Assembly: GCA_963788655.1 (NCBI GenBank)
Contig: CAWBHS010000007.1
Span: forward strand, 32,001 to 96,000
Direction: 5' to 3'
DNA from: an uncultured Verrucomicrobiae bacterium
Lineage (GTDB): Bacteria > Verrucomicrobiota > Verrucomicrobiia > Limisphaerales > JAFGQR01
Length of the DNA: 64,000 nucleotides
The notes beneath the pieces were generated by a model. That model made no database searches. It saw only the letters and a list, made by a program, of their open reading frames with translations, and had not been told where the DNA came from. Position 1 is the stretch's first letter. The number at the start of each line of letters is the position of its first letter. Made by a program: the position numbers and the translations under genes. Shown one piece after another: positions 9,995-19,182 of this stretch.

Positions 9995-11416
9995 ATGGAA
10001 CTGGGACGGCCGATACCCGATTCATTGCACGCGGTATCAATGGCGTTGCCCCGCTGGCAGGACGTGGTGGGCTATGAAGAGAAACGCCCCGAAGTGCTGG
10101 CGCGTTTGGAGGTGGGTTATCCGCGGTTCATGGTGCATCCATTCGTGCGGCAAATCGCCGACGAACTGGGTGACGGGCAACCCTGCTTGCCGTTCTCGTC
10201 CGCGCGGGCCGCCGGGCAATGTGCCGCGTTTATCCACCGTCACTCTGGCGCCGCGGCCACGGACATTGTGCATCGCGGATTGCACGCCGTGCGAACCACT
10301 CCCGCGGGCCAAGCCGCGCTGCGCGCTTTTTGGCAACACGCCGGATGGATCGTCTCCAGCCGGCAGGCCGAAGCGTGGTTGGCTGGCCGGAGCGAATCCG
10401 CGGATGCGCCGGCCATTCGCCAGTCCTTGCGCCAGCAATTGGCGGCGTTTTACAGTTGCGCGCCCGAGGATGTGTTTTTAACCCCCACCGGCATGGCGGC
10501 GCAGCATTCCGCGCTACGGACGCTGTTGCAACGCACGCCGGGACATCCCACCGCGCAACTGGGTTTTCCTTATGTCGATACGTTGAAACTCCAGCAAAAG
10601 CTTGGGCACGGCGGCGTGCTGCTCCACGATCTCGAACACATCGAGCGCGAGCTGCGAGTGCTGCTGGATCGTCAACCGCTGGCGGCCTGTTTTTGCGAGA
10701 TACCGGGCAACCCGCTGTTGGGTTCAGCCGACTTGCGCCGCATTACTCCCATGCTGCGCGCAGCCGGAGTGCCCTTGGTGGCTGATGACGTTGTCGCCAC
10801 CCCGTTTAATGTGGACCTTGACGCCCATGCCGACCTTATCGCCACCAGTCTTACGAAGTACATTGCCGGGACCGGGGACGTCATGGGCGGCGCGGTGATC
10901 TGCAATCCGCGGTCGCCGTATGCCGCCGAGCTGAAGACCATCTTGCAGGCGCAGCCCGAGGACTTGTTGTGGGAAGACGATGCGCTCGTGCTGGACCAAC
11001 AGGCGCGCAGCTTTCCGGACCGCATGCGCCGGCACAATGCGAATGGCCTATGGATTGCCGAGCGATTGCGTCATCATCCGGCGGTCGAAAAGGTGTGGTA
11101 TCCCAAATGGGAATTCAATGAAATCTATGAAGCGGTGCGGCGGCCCGCGGGCGGGTGGGGCTCGCTGGTAACGTTCTTGCCGCGCAACGCCGAGACGGCA
11201 TCTCCGATCATTTACGACCGCTTGACGTGTTGCAAGGGACCGAGCCTGGGCACGGTATTTACGCTGGCCTGCCCGTTTACGTTACTGGCGCATTACACCG
11301 AACTGGAGTGGGCCGAGTCCTGCGGTGTCTCCCGTTACCTGATCCGTATCTCGGTGGGGCTGGAAGATCCTGCTACGCTTTGGCAAGGCCTGGAGCAGGC
11401 GCTGCGAAAGCCCTGA
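9995..11416 (+). CDS. Cystathionine gamma-synthase-like PLP enzyme of the fungal Str2/MET-7 type
   Basis: LGRPIPDSLHAVSMALPRWQDVVGYEE...GYPRF N-terminus, GFPYVDTLK, SLTKYIAG, KGPSLGTVFTLACPFTLLAHY. Confidence 0.8.
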   Translation: MELGRPIPDSLHAVSMALPRWQDVVGYEEKRPEVLARLEVGYPRFMVHPFVRQIADELGDGQPCLPFSSARAAGQCAAFIHRHSGAAATDIVHRGLHAVRTTPAGQAALRAFWQHAGWIVSSRQAEAWLAGRSESADAPAIRQSLRQQLAAFYSCAPEDVFLTPTGMAAQHSALRTLLQRTPGHPTAQLGFPYVDTLKLQQKLGHGGVLLHDLEHIERELRVLLDRQPLAACFCEIPGNPLLGSADLRRITPMLRAAGVPLVADDVVATPFNVDLDAHADLIATSLTKYIAGTGDVMGGAVICNPRSPYAAELKTILQAQPEDLLWEDDALVLDQQARSFPDRMRRHNANGLWIAERLRHHPAVEKVWYPKWEFNEIYEAVRRPAGGWGSLVTFLPRNAETASPIIYDRLTCCKGPSLGTVFTLACPFTLLAHYTELEWAESCGVSRYLIRISVGLEDPATLWQGLEQALRKP

Positions 11417-11624
11417 CCCGGATATTTCCTGGACCGTCCAAACCGGAACCAAAGCAGAACAAGGAGTGCGGTTGTGTCCGATGGACCAGCCGCAGCGGCA
11501 TAGAACCCGACCACGCGGGGAACATTTGGAAACCTTGCTGGGGCCGGACGTGCTGTCGCTGGCGCTCCGCACCGAGCCGCGCTCCAAGAACATCGTCGCA
11601 GATCGCGCAGATTTTGAACGTTAC
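11412..11624 (+). mobile_element. Putative non-autonomous miniature relative of the 360-2003 element, carrying a REP doublet (11463-11585)
   Basis: Begins CCTGACCCGG...CCGGAACCAAA (element end CCTAACCCGG..CCGGAACCAAG) and ends TCGCGCAGATTTTGAACGTTAC (element end TTGCACAGGATTTTCCCGGTAAG). Internal GGAGTGCGG...CCGCGCTCC inverted pair. Confidence 0.45.
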
Positions 11625-11676
11625 GTTGCCGCTTTGCCCCCTTGGATCCGTTCGCGGTTGAACTGAATAATTGTGA

Positions 11677-13677
11677 TTAAGGCGAGAGCGGGGGTGTCTC
11701 GAATTCGGCGAACGCTTGTTTTAGCGTTTTTGCCAGGTCGCGCTGGAGCTGCCGCCATTGGCTGGGACGGCGGAGCGGAAACATCTGGTTCACCTCGAGC
11801 TCGATTCCCACGTAATCGCTGCCGGCGTATTCCTCACGCAGATGCGTCACCAGTCCGTCGCTAACTCCGCGGTAGGGATAGTTGAAGCGCACTCGCCATT
11901 GTGGCGCGGCTTGCTGCAAACACGACCGCCAGATTTCGCTGAAGCGCTTCTCTGCTGGTCGGCGCGGATCAAAGAGCAGGCCAATGTCCGTATCGCGCAC
12001 TTTCCCGTTAAGGCGCGGGGTGAACGTATGGACGCCGAGGTGCAGCACGGAGTTGCCGGGGCGCAGGACGTCCAGTATCCGCCGTTTCACCACTTGCCGA
12101 TACGGCAGATAAAATGTCTCCAGCAGCTTGCTCTTGTCCGCCAGCGGAAGCTCACGCGAAAACTCCGACCACAATTGCGGGTGGCCCAGCGAACGGTTCA
12201 GTTCCACCAACAGCCGGCTGCAACCGCCCAGGGAAAGCGGTGCCCCAGTTTCGCGCGCCAGGAATCGCGCCAATTCGGCGGCACCCGGATCATAGCCACG
12301 ATGGGTTTGCCGAGCCTGGCCCGCGGCGATGGCTACGGTCCGGTAGCGCCGCGGAATGTGGTGGGTGGCGTGCTCGCAGGTCAGCAACAATCGGGGCTTG
12401 GCAACCAAGGTCCGCGACTTGGGAACCCGCGAAGGTTCAAAGGGAATGCCCAGTTCCAGGCAGGTGGCCAATTGACGATAGACCGAACGCAGTCGGTCCC
12501 GGTTGGGCCGGGGGCCGGTGGCGTTCAGAATTCGCCGGCTGAGGCAACCTTCACTCAGGATGAGTTCAATCCACGAGCGCCACGGAGCGTGGGCGGGCGC
12601 CACGGAATCCAGCAGGTGTTGCCAAATAAAGTCCGCCGTCCAACCGCGAAGTTTCTTCGGCGCGCCAAACGCCTCGAGAATGGCCCGCGATTCTATGGTT
12701 GCTTCGCCACCGTCCCGGGAAGTCCGCTCCAGCAAATCCGCCAGCACGTGGGTTCGCGGCTTGAGTTGCTGCGCGAACGACGACAGCGAGCCGTCGGTCA
12801 GGCGTCGCAATACTTCGGTGGCGAACTGCACGATGGCCAGATCGGCCGCGGGGCATTCCTGAATGTCGAGCACGCGCACTTCGATGGTGTTGCGCTCGAA
12901 GCGGGCGATGGCACCGCGCGCATTGGCCCATTCGTGCTGGAGTGTTCCTTCGGGATCGTGCGGAGCCAGATCGCGATAGATGCGCTCCAAAATCTTCTTC
13001 TGGTACTCCACGGACGACTTGATCGGTTCGGGCACGACTGCCGCCGTGAGGGACGGTATCCGCGCACAGTTCTTCCGGTAGGTGTCCAGCCGCATGTCGA
13101 GGAACGGCGCGCGGTGGCCATCGACGAACGGCGAACTGGCCGCCAGGGCGGGCAGGAGCGGCAGAATCAAGCGAATCGCCGTGTGCAGCCTGGCGAACTC
13201 GTCGTCATTGGCGAATGGCAGATTCAAATGCGTGGATTGCAGGTTGGTCCAACCGTGTCCGCGGCAGTCGAAGATGCGGTGGAAGGCCCGGTAGATGTCC
13301 CCGCAGTCGTGTGGCCAGAGCCGGCTTTCGCGGTGGGGATTCATCCATGGGTGCATGGCCGTGGGCAGGAGCGTCGCCCCCTCGGCCGCGAGCAGGCCAT
13401 TGACGAAGGTGACTTCGGATTGGAATCGCTGGGCCAGCGGCGCCAAGGATTTTACCGGTTCATCGGTCTTGAATTCGATGACGTGCAACGCCAGTTCATT
13501 GGACCAGGCCAGTGCGCCCCGGGTCACGTCACCATTGACGTGGCCGCTGACACGTTGGATGAGCCGGTCGGCGCGCGGCAAAACCCGCAGCGTGCGGGCG
13601 TCCACGATCATATATTCGAGTTCGATGCCGAACCGGGTGAACAGCGGAAAACAGGGAGGCTTGGGCGTGGCAGTCAT
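11677..13677 (-). CDS. Glutamate--cysteine ligase family 2 (GCS2) domain fused to N-formylglutamate amidohydrolase domain
   Basis: FGIELEYMIVD, NELALHVIEFK, PTAMHPWM, NARGAIARF, IEVRVLD; then LLLTCEHA, HRGYDPGA, SRLLVELNRS, VHTFTP, NYPYRG, GIELEVNQ. Confidence 0.85.
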   Translation of the reverse strand: MTATPKPPCFPLFTRFGIELEYMIVDARTLRVLPRADRLIQRVSGHVNGDVTRGALAWSNELALHVIEFKTDEPVKSLAPLAQRFQSEVTFVNGLLAAEGATLLPTAMHPWMNPHRESRLWPHDCGDIYRAFHRIFDCRGHGWTNLQSTHLNLPFANDDEFARLHTAIRLILPLLPALAASSPFVDGHRAPFLDMRLDTYRKNCARIPSLTAAVVPEPIKSSVEYQKKILERIYRDLAPHDPEGTLQHEWANARGAIARFERNTIEVRVLDIQECPAADLAIVQFATEVLRRLTDGSLSSFAQQLKPRTHVLADLLERTSRDGGEATIESRAILEAFGAPKKLRGWTADFIWQHLLDSVAPAHAPWRSWIELILSEGCLSRRILNATGPRPNRDRLRSVYRQLATCLELGIPFEPSRVPKSRTLVAKPRLLLTCEHATHHIPRRYRTVAIAAGQARQTHRGYDPGAAELARFLARETGAPLSLGGCSRLLVELNRSLGHPQLWSEFSRELPLADKSKLLETFYLPYRQVVKRRILDVLRPGNSVLHLGVHTFTPRLNGKVRDTDIGLLFDPRRPAEKRFSEIWRSCLQQAAPQWRVRFNYPYRGVSDGLVTHLREEYAGSDYVGIELEVNQMFPLRRPSQWRQLQRDLAKTLKQAFAEFETPPLSP

Positions 13678-13701
13678 TACGGGCGATTAAGGAGCGATGG
13701 A

Positions 13702-13832
13702 AATGACCAATGATCAATGACCAAGCACCAGAGAATACCCAAGTTCCACGCCTCAACATCAACTCGGTCGGCCACTGCGGGTGGATTGGTCATTGGGTAT
13801 TGGTCATCGCTGGTCATTGGTCATTGGTCCTT
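13702..13832. repeat. Inverted heptamer array: (AATGACC)n left arm, (GGTCATT)n right arm
   Basis: AATGACC AATGATC AATGACC AAGCACC ... TTGGTCATTGGGTATTGGTCATCGCTGGTCATTGGTCATTGG, inside the operon between the ATP-grasp and GCS2 genes. Confidence 0.85.
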
Positions 13833-13840
13833 CTCAACGG

Positions 13841-15317
13841 TTATTCCTCGCGGCGTCCTTCGCGTTGGGATTCGAGGCGTTTGAGGAAGACCTCCATGAT
13901 ACGTTCGTATAGAAAGCGTTTGAGCATTTTGTCTTCGACGCCGCTGTCGAGACTCGGATTGTCATTGATCTCAATGATGTAACACTGGCCGTGGGACATT
14001 TTGAGGTCCACGCCGTAGAGGCCGTTGCCGATGAGGTTGGCCGCGCGCAAGGCGGTTTGCACCACGCGATGCGGCGCCATCTCGATGGGCAGGGTTTCAA
14101 AATCGCCGGTGTGATCGTCGCCGGTGACCTGGTTGTTGTAAATCTGCCAATGGTTGCGCGCCATGAAGTATTTGCAGGCATAGATCGGGCGCCGGTCAAT
14201 GATGCCAATGCGCCAATCAAAGTCCGTCCGGAGAAATTCCTGGGCGATCAGCAGGTCGGATTTTTCCAGCAACTGCGCCACATTGGTTTGGTATTCCTCC
14301 TCGGTATCCACTTTCACCACGCCCTGGGAAAAGGAAGAGTCCGGCTGTTTCAAGATCATCGGCAGCCCGAGTTTCTTTCGCACTTCATCGATGTTTTCGC
14401 GGTGCAGGATCTGGGTCTTGGGGGTCGAGATGCGATGGCGGGCGAGCAGCTCGGCGAGGAACACTTTGTTGGTACACTTGACGATGGACTCCGGATCGTC
14501 GATGACCACCAATCCTTCCGCTTCCGCCCGGCGGGCAAAGCGGAAGGTGGGATTGTTCACTGCCGTGGTATTGCGGATGAACAGGGCGTCAAACTCCGCC
14601 ACGCGTCCGTAGTCGTCCTGGTCAATTAATTCCACCGAAAACTGCAGGTCTTCGGCGGCCTCGCAGAAACGTTCAATCGCCTTTTCATCGGACGGCGGCG
14701 TGGGGTCGTCCGTGTCGCGCAGAATGGCCAGACTGTAGCGGGGCGGCGATTTGCGCATTGGACGGCTGGCCGGGCGAGCAAAGTAATCCTGGGCCAGTTG
14801 CAACACCGGATCCCGGTGCGACTCCGGAATTTCGTTATTAGAAATAGCGGTAATGCTTTTCATCTCCCATCCCTCGGGTTCCCGGAGGAACTGCGCGCGC
14901 AGGAACGGAACGGGAAACAGATTGAAGAGGGCGCGGGCGAGCCGGTCGTAGCGCTGATTGACGCTGCGCGAGAAATAGATCGACAGCACAAATTTGTCGC
15001 TCTGCAGGTGGCGGAGCGAATCGTCAATGAGATCCTCGAGGTCGCTCGAAAACGCGCGGGCCAGCGACTGGAATTTCAAATCCTGCATGGTCGCAATGCG
15101 CGGGAGCGGCTTGTGGCCACGAGCTTCGGCCAGCAGGGAGACGTAGTAGCCAGCGCTTTGGTATTTGTACCGAACGGCACAAGTTATAAACCCGGCAATG
15201 CCGCAGGGTCGAGTAGTGGGGATCGGTCAAGTAGGTGCGGGCGGCGACGACGGGAACGTTGGGCACGTGCAATGGCCATTTTTCCGGATTGTCCACCACG
15301 CAAAGAATTTGTGACAT
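13841..15317 (-). CDS. RimK-family ATP-grasp ligase with N-terminal RLAN domain; +1 frameshift near 15171
   Basis: Corrected N-terminus VYNLCRS-YKYQSAGYYVSLLAEARGH (RLAN); DALFIR, CTNKVFLAELL, LKQPDSSFSQGV, QEFLRTDFDWRIG, YGVDLK, IEINDNP. Confidence 0.88.
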
Positions 15318-15395
15318 AACAGAAGTAACTCGAATTGGGAAAGAGATGCCACCGCCCTCCGGGAACACAGTTTCCTCCCGGGCGGTTCGTCAGCT

Positions 15396-16208
15396 TCAGC
15401 AGGTGCCGTTCATAGACAAAAACGCTTTCGGCTGGATAATTAGCAGGTTGGCGTCGTAGGTCAACACCCCAAGCAAAATCGCGTTGATCAGCCGCTGCAT
15501 GGGCACTTCATACGAATGGTCGGCGCTGAGCGGGTTTGCCGTATAGGGATCACCGATGGTCACGGTTTGGGTGGCCGGGTTGTAACCGCTGAGCACCACA
15601 AAATGCCCGAGCGGCTCTCCGCGAACGTCGTCATCTTTGTTGGTGTCCGGATTCTCGCGCGGCGACCGGTACAGGAACGTGGCGCTCAAGCCCGTGAGGA
15701 TGGGCGTGCCTTGCCGTAGATACTGTTCGATCAGGGCGCCCTGCAAATCCTCGTAGCGAATGTCGCCGCCGCGGAGAAGAAATTCCAAATACGCTCGCGC
15801 GGCCTGTCGCCGTTTGCCGGTGCGATGGCGAATTTGCAACCGCAATTTGGTGTGGAGATCCTGTCGTTCGGGATAAAACCAGGACGGATCAAAGATGCGC
15901 AGATTGTAAGTGTACAACGTCGCCTGGTAACCCCGCTGCAGGGCGTGCCCTCCCAACATGACTGCCAACGTTCCGCCTCCTTCCAGGGACGGGATTTCCC
16001 GGATCAACTGTTCCAGCATGACGTTGTCGCCGTAATACCCATAGACCGCTTGCAGGCAGGTGGGCCCGCAAGAGGTGTCGGTCGGTTGCGGCTGAATGGG
16101 CACATTCAACCGGCACCGCCAGGGTTGGGTGAGGTTCGTCACGCGGGGAGTGTAATCTGCGCCGGTCGCGTTAGCAAACCGGACGCAACTATGCTGAAGC
16201 GCATCCAT
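15396..16208 (-). CDS. Peptidase C39-like (papain-fold) protein; true start probably downstream of 16208
   Basis: QPTDTSCGPTCL (catalytic Cys), GHFVVLSGY (His), VTIGDP (Asp). Confidence 0.8.
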   Translation of the reverse strand: MDALQHSCVRFANATGADYTPRVTNLTQPWRCRLNVPIQPQPTDTSCGPTCLQAVYGYYGDNVMLEQLIREIPSLEGGGTLAVMLGGHALQRGYQATLYTYNLRIFDPSWFYPERQDLHTKLRLQIRHRTGKRRQAARAYLEFLLRGGDIRYEDLQGALIEQYLRQGTPILTGLSATFLYRSPRENPDTNKDDDVRGEPLGHFVVLSGYNPATQTVTIGDPYTANPLSADHSYEVPMQRLINAILLGVLTYDANLLIIQPKAFLSMNGTC

Positions 16209-16572
16209 CGTAGGACAGCCGTCTCGGCTGTCCCGAACGGCGGCGGGCGTTCAATGGTAAGCGAATGTTCAGGGATACGACGAACGTCCTAGTCGTTCGG
16301 GACAGGCGGGACGCCTGTCCTACGGGGATGGGCGCATCTTCTGGCACCTGGGCTTTCGGATCTCGCGCCAGCGCATCGTAGGACAGCCGTCCCGGCTGTC
16401 TCGAATTTCAGTGGGCGCTGGATGGTAAGCGACTGTTCAGGGATACGACGAACGTCCTAGTCGTTCGGGACAGGCGGGACGCCTGTCCTACGGGAGCGGG
16501 CGCATCTTCTGGCACCGGGGCATTCGGATCTCGCGCCAGCGTTTGGAGTGCGCGAAGCTTGCTCCCGCTTTC
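16205..16572. repeat. Two tandem ~168-bp REPIN/BIME-like units of inverted GTAG-type REP pairs, followed by a GGAGTGC-type REP arm
   Basis: CGTAGGACAGCCGTCTCGGCTGTCC (16209) ... GGGACAGGCGGGACGCCTGTCCTACG (to 16324), repeated at 16377-16492; TTGGAGTGCGCGAAGCTTGCTCCCGCTTT at about 16543-16571. Confidence 0.9.
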
Positions 16573-16595
16573 GCTGGACCGGAAGCGCTGACGAC

Positions 16596-18860
16596 CTATC
16601 GCGCCGATTTCTCCAGAGCAGCGCGGTAATCACTGTCGTCGTGCGGCTGTTGCCAACCGTTGGTAGGCGCCGATAGCGTAGGGCGGTGCAGGGCCCACAT
16701 ATCATTGACGAAGTCATCCCAGGCCTGACCCTGGCGCGCCCATTCTTTGACGTGGTCGCGCCCGGTCGCTTCCTTGATGGTTCTCACAAAGGTGGCGTCA
16801 TTTTCGTACATCCAGCGATCGACGTAATCGAAAAAGGCAGCATGGCCCCAAGCTGGTTCGGCGTGCATGAGCCGCAATGCGAGGGCTTGCGCCACCCAGC
16901 CCACACTGGTGCAGCAGCGGCGATAGCTCTCGCTGGTATTCTGGCCGTCCTTCCATTGAGATGGCGGCGTGTGTTCGTACGGTCCCCAACCGTTGCCGCG
17001 TGAACGACCCGCGCCGGTCACGGTATCAATACCCGAGTGCCCAGTGAAGACCACCTTGGCGCCGGTCCAGCAATCACCGTAGGCGGTCTGTTCATCTTCG
17101 CCGAAACTGACTTGCGGAAAGGACTGGTTGATGCGCGCCAGTTGGTCCTCGCCCAATAGCAAGCCGGCGAAGACAATGGGCAGTTTGCGACCGCTGCCGT
17201 GCCCGCCCCAACAGGTCCAGCCGGGATGTCCGGCGCGGATCATGCCGGCCAGGTCGATGCCCACTTGCACGTAGTTCACCAGCAGCGGTTCCTTCTGCTC
17301 GGGCTTAAGGTCCGTACCCAACAACAAAGCGCTAATGCCCGCCACGCGGCCATATTCCAAACCGTATTGCGGCATGTTCTCGACCGGTTCCTCGAAGCCG
17401 AAGAAGCAGGGGCCCACCCACGGCCGCTGCGTAAACCGGATGTACTGTTCCACGTGGGGACGGCTCGGCGGTGCGGCGGCGGTGGGCAGCATTTCGCGCC
17501 GGAGGTTGCGGGCGAGGTAAATTTTTTGCTGGCGGTCGCAGAATGCCGGGCGGAAGGCATCCGCCGGCTGCGGTTCGGCCACGCAAGTCAGCACCGCCGC
17601 GGTACGGATCGGGCTGCTGTCGCCCTCGCCGCGTTCGATCTTGTTGCGCAATTGGGCGTGCAGCACCAAGCCTTTCAGCATGCTAATCGTCGCGACCAGC
17701 GAATCGCCGGGCTTCATCATCACGGGCAGTCGTTGAATGAGTGAAGGATCGAAATAGTTCCGCACGCCGCTGTCGTAGGCCACTTTCATCCGCGCCGGTG
17801 GATTGAGCATGAAACCATTTCGAACCCGTTGTCTTTCCGGACGCTCCTTGTCGATATGGTCCAATTGTCGCGGGGGAATTTCCGTGCCGTACAGCGGCCG
17901 CGGAGCGATGGCCGTGATGGTGGCCGATCCGACTACGTACCAATCGCCGTTGATGAATTGCCCGACGCGCGCCGGTTGGGCAAACGTCCAAGTAATACCG
18001 TATTGGGAGACGCTTGCGCGCAACGATAGGGCTTCGAGTCTGGGCGTTGGGGGTGCGTTGTCCTGGGTGTACGGAGTCATCGTCCGCCGGATCGCTGGGT
18101 CCGCGGCGATCGTCTGCTGGTCGTACGGATCGTGCTCACCGGGGGGAGTGAACGGTTCCACCGGTCCACCCAATGTGACCGAAATATCATCCACCCAAAT
18201 AGTCTGCGCCTTGTCCTTGCCGCTGTCGCCCCAGATGGCAATCGCGCTGAAGCCGTTCAAACCGGTCTTGTCCGGATCCACGGCGCTGACCTCGCGATCA
18301 TTATGGAGCACTTGGAGGCCGACTTGCGGATCAAAGTCAAAGGTCCATTTGTGCCAGCCAGCCGGCGCGCGTTTCACGCCCAGCCAGAACAACTGGTCGA
18401 ACCAGTCTTTGGCGTCGCATGCGGTGGCGGTGTAACCTTCGGCGCCGCCAAGATAACTGGCGTACAGGATGCCAACCGCCAGCACGTTCCCATCGCGCTG
18501 GACCAGTCCCCAACGAGGACCGGGGCGATTGACTTTGGGATTGTCGGGTGTCGTGCCGTCGTCATACACCCAAAACTCGACTTTACCCGAGGCGTCCTGG
18601 TCCCGAAGTTTCAACCAGGCCTTGCCGCCGGAACCGATTTTGAGCGCCCCACCGGAACCGCTCTGATCCTTGGTCGTATCAATGAGCACTTCGCCCGTAA
18701 GAGTCCAAGCGGACAGGGATGCGTTGCCATCGAACGTCAAATGCCTGGTGGGCGCGTTCAGTGGCCCAGGGGCGGGGGCGTTCTCCTGGCTCCAGAGAAA
18801 CGGCGCGAAGCTGATGACGCTGGCGGTGAGCAGGCCAATGGATAGCAAATGCTTTAGCAT
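16596..18860 (-). CDS. Secreted protein of unknown function (N-terminal beta-sandwich-like region, C-terminal putative catalytic domain)
   Basis: 754-aa ORF with a signal peptide; C-terminal GGHGSGRKLPI, YRRCCT and FFDYVDRWM segments. Confidence 0.75.
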   Translation of the reverse strand: MLKHLLSIGLLTASVISFAPFLWSQENAPAPGPLNAPTRHLTFDGNASLSAWTLTGEVLIDTTKDQSGSGGALKIGSGGKAWLKLRDQDASGKVEFWVYDDGTTPDNPKVNRPGPRWGLVQRDGNVLAVGILYASYLGGAEGYTATACDAKDWFDQLFWLGVKRAPAGWHKWTFDFDPQVGLQVLHNDREVSAVDPDKTGLNGFSAIAIWGDSGKDKAQTIWVDDISVTLGGPVEPFTPPGEHDPYDQQTIAADPAIRRTMTPYTQDNAPPTPRLEALSLRASVSQYGITWTFAQPARVGQFINGDWYVVGSATITAIAPRPLYGTEIPPRQLDHIDKERPERQRVRNGFMLNPPARMKVAYDSGVRNYFDPSLIQRLPVMMKPGDSLVATISMLKGLVLHAQLRNKIERGEGDSSPIRTAAVLTCVAEPQPADAFRPAFCDRQQKIYLARNLRREMLPTAAAPPSRPHVEQYIRFTQRPWVGPCFFGFEEPVENMPQYGLEYGRVAGISALLLGTDLKPEQKEPLLVNYVQVGIDLAGMIRAGHPGWTCWGGHGSGRKLPIVFAGLLLGEDQLARINQSFPQVSFGEDEQTAYGDCWTGAKVVFTGHSGIDTVTGAGRSRGNGWGPYEHTPPSQWKDGQNTSESYRRCCTSVGWVAQALALRLMHAEPAWGHAAFFDYVDRWMYENDATFVRTIKEATGRDHVKEWARQGQAWDDFVNDMWALHRPTLSAPTNGWQQPHDDSDYRAALEKSAR

Positions 18861-18999
18861 ACGACTGAGTTTTGTGGATGACGCGGAAGCAAGAATTTCG
18901 CAAGCCGCGAAATTTTTTCGCTGCTCAAATCCAAAGGAGAAGGGAAGATTGAAGGCCGATCCTTGAAGTCATAAACCCGAATGCGGCAATCCAATTCTC

Positions 19000-19167
19000 G
19001 GTAGGGCGAGACTCCGTCGAGCCCTGACTTCTCCGCATCGTTTCCGCCGGCCGACAGCGTCAACGCGGGGAGGTTTCGGCGTTCGAACAGCAAAGTTTTT
19101 TTTGGCTCGGTCATTCGTTGTTGAGCGTGCTCAGGGAAGTCAGGGCTCGACGGAGTCTCGCCCTACC
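19000..19167. repeat. REPIN-like inverted GTAG-type REP doublet, copy 1
   Basis: GGTAGGGCGAGACTCCGTCGAGCCCTGACTT ... AAGTCAGGGCTCGACGGAGTCTCGCCCTACC, a perfect inverted pair. Confidence 0.92.
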
Positions 19168-19182
19168 CAACGCCGTCGGCTG

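Noticed and set aside
11758..13713. Long antisense or alternate-frame ORFs (e.g. 11758-13713 +, 46094-48025 -, 49643-51397 +, 53550-55103 +)
   Set aside because: They shadow well-supported genes in GC-rich DNA and have no recognisable motifs.
16205..16540. Possible CRISPR array
   Set aside because: The repeats alternate in orientation, the intervening sequences are themselves duplicated, there are only two units and no cas genes; this is a REP doublet array.
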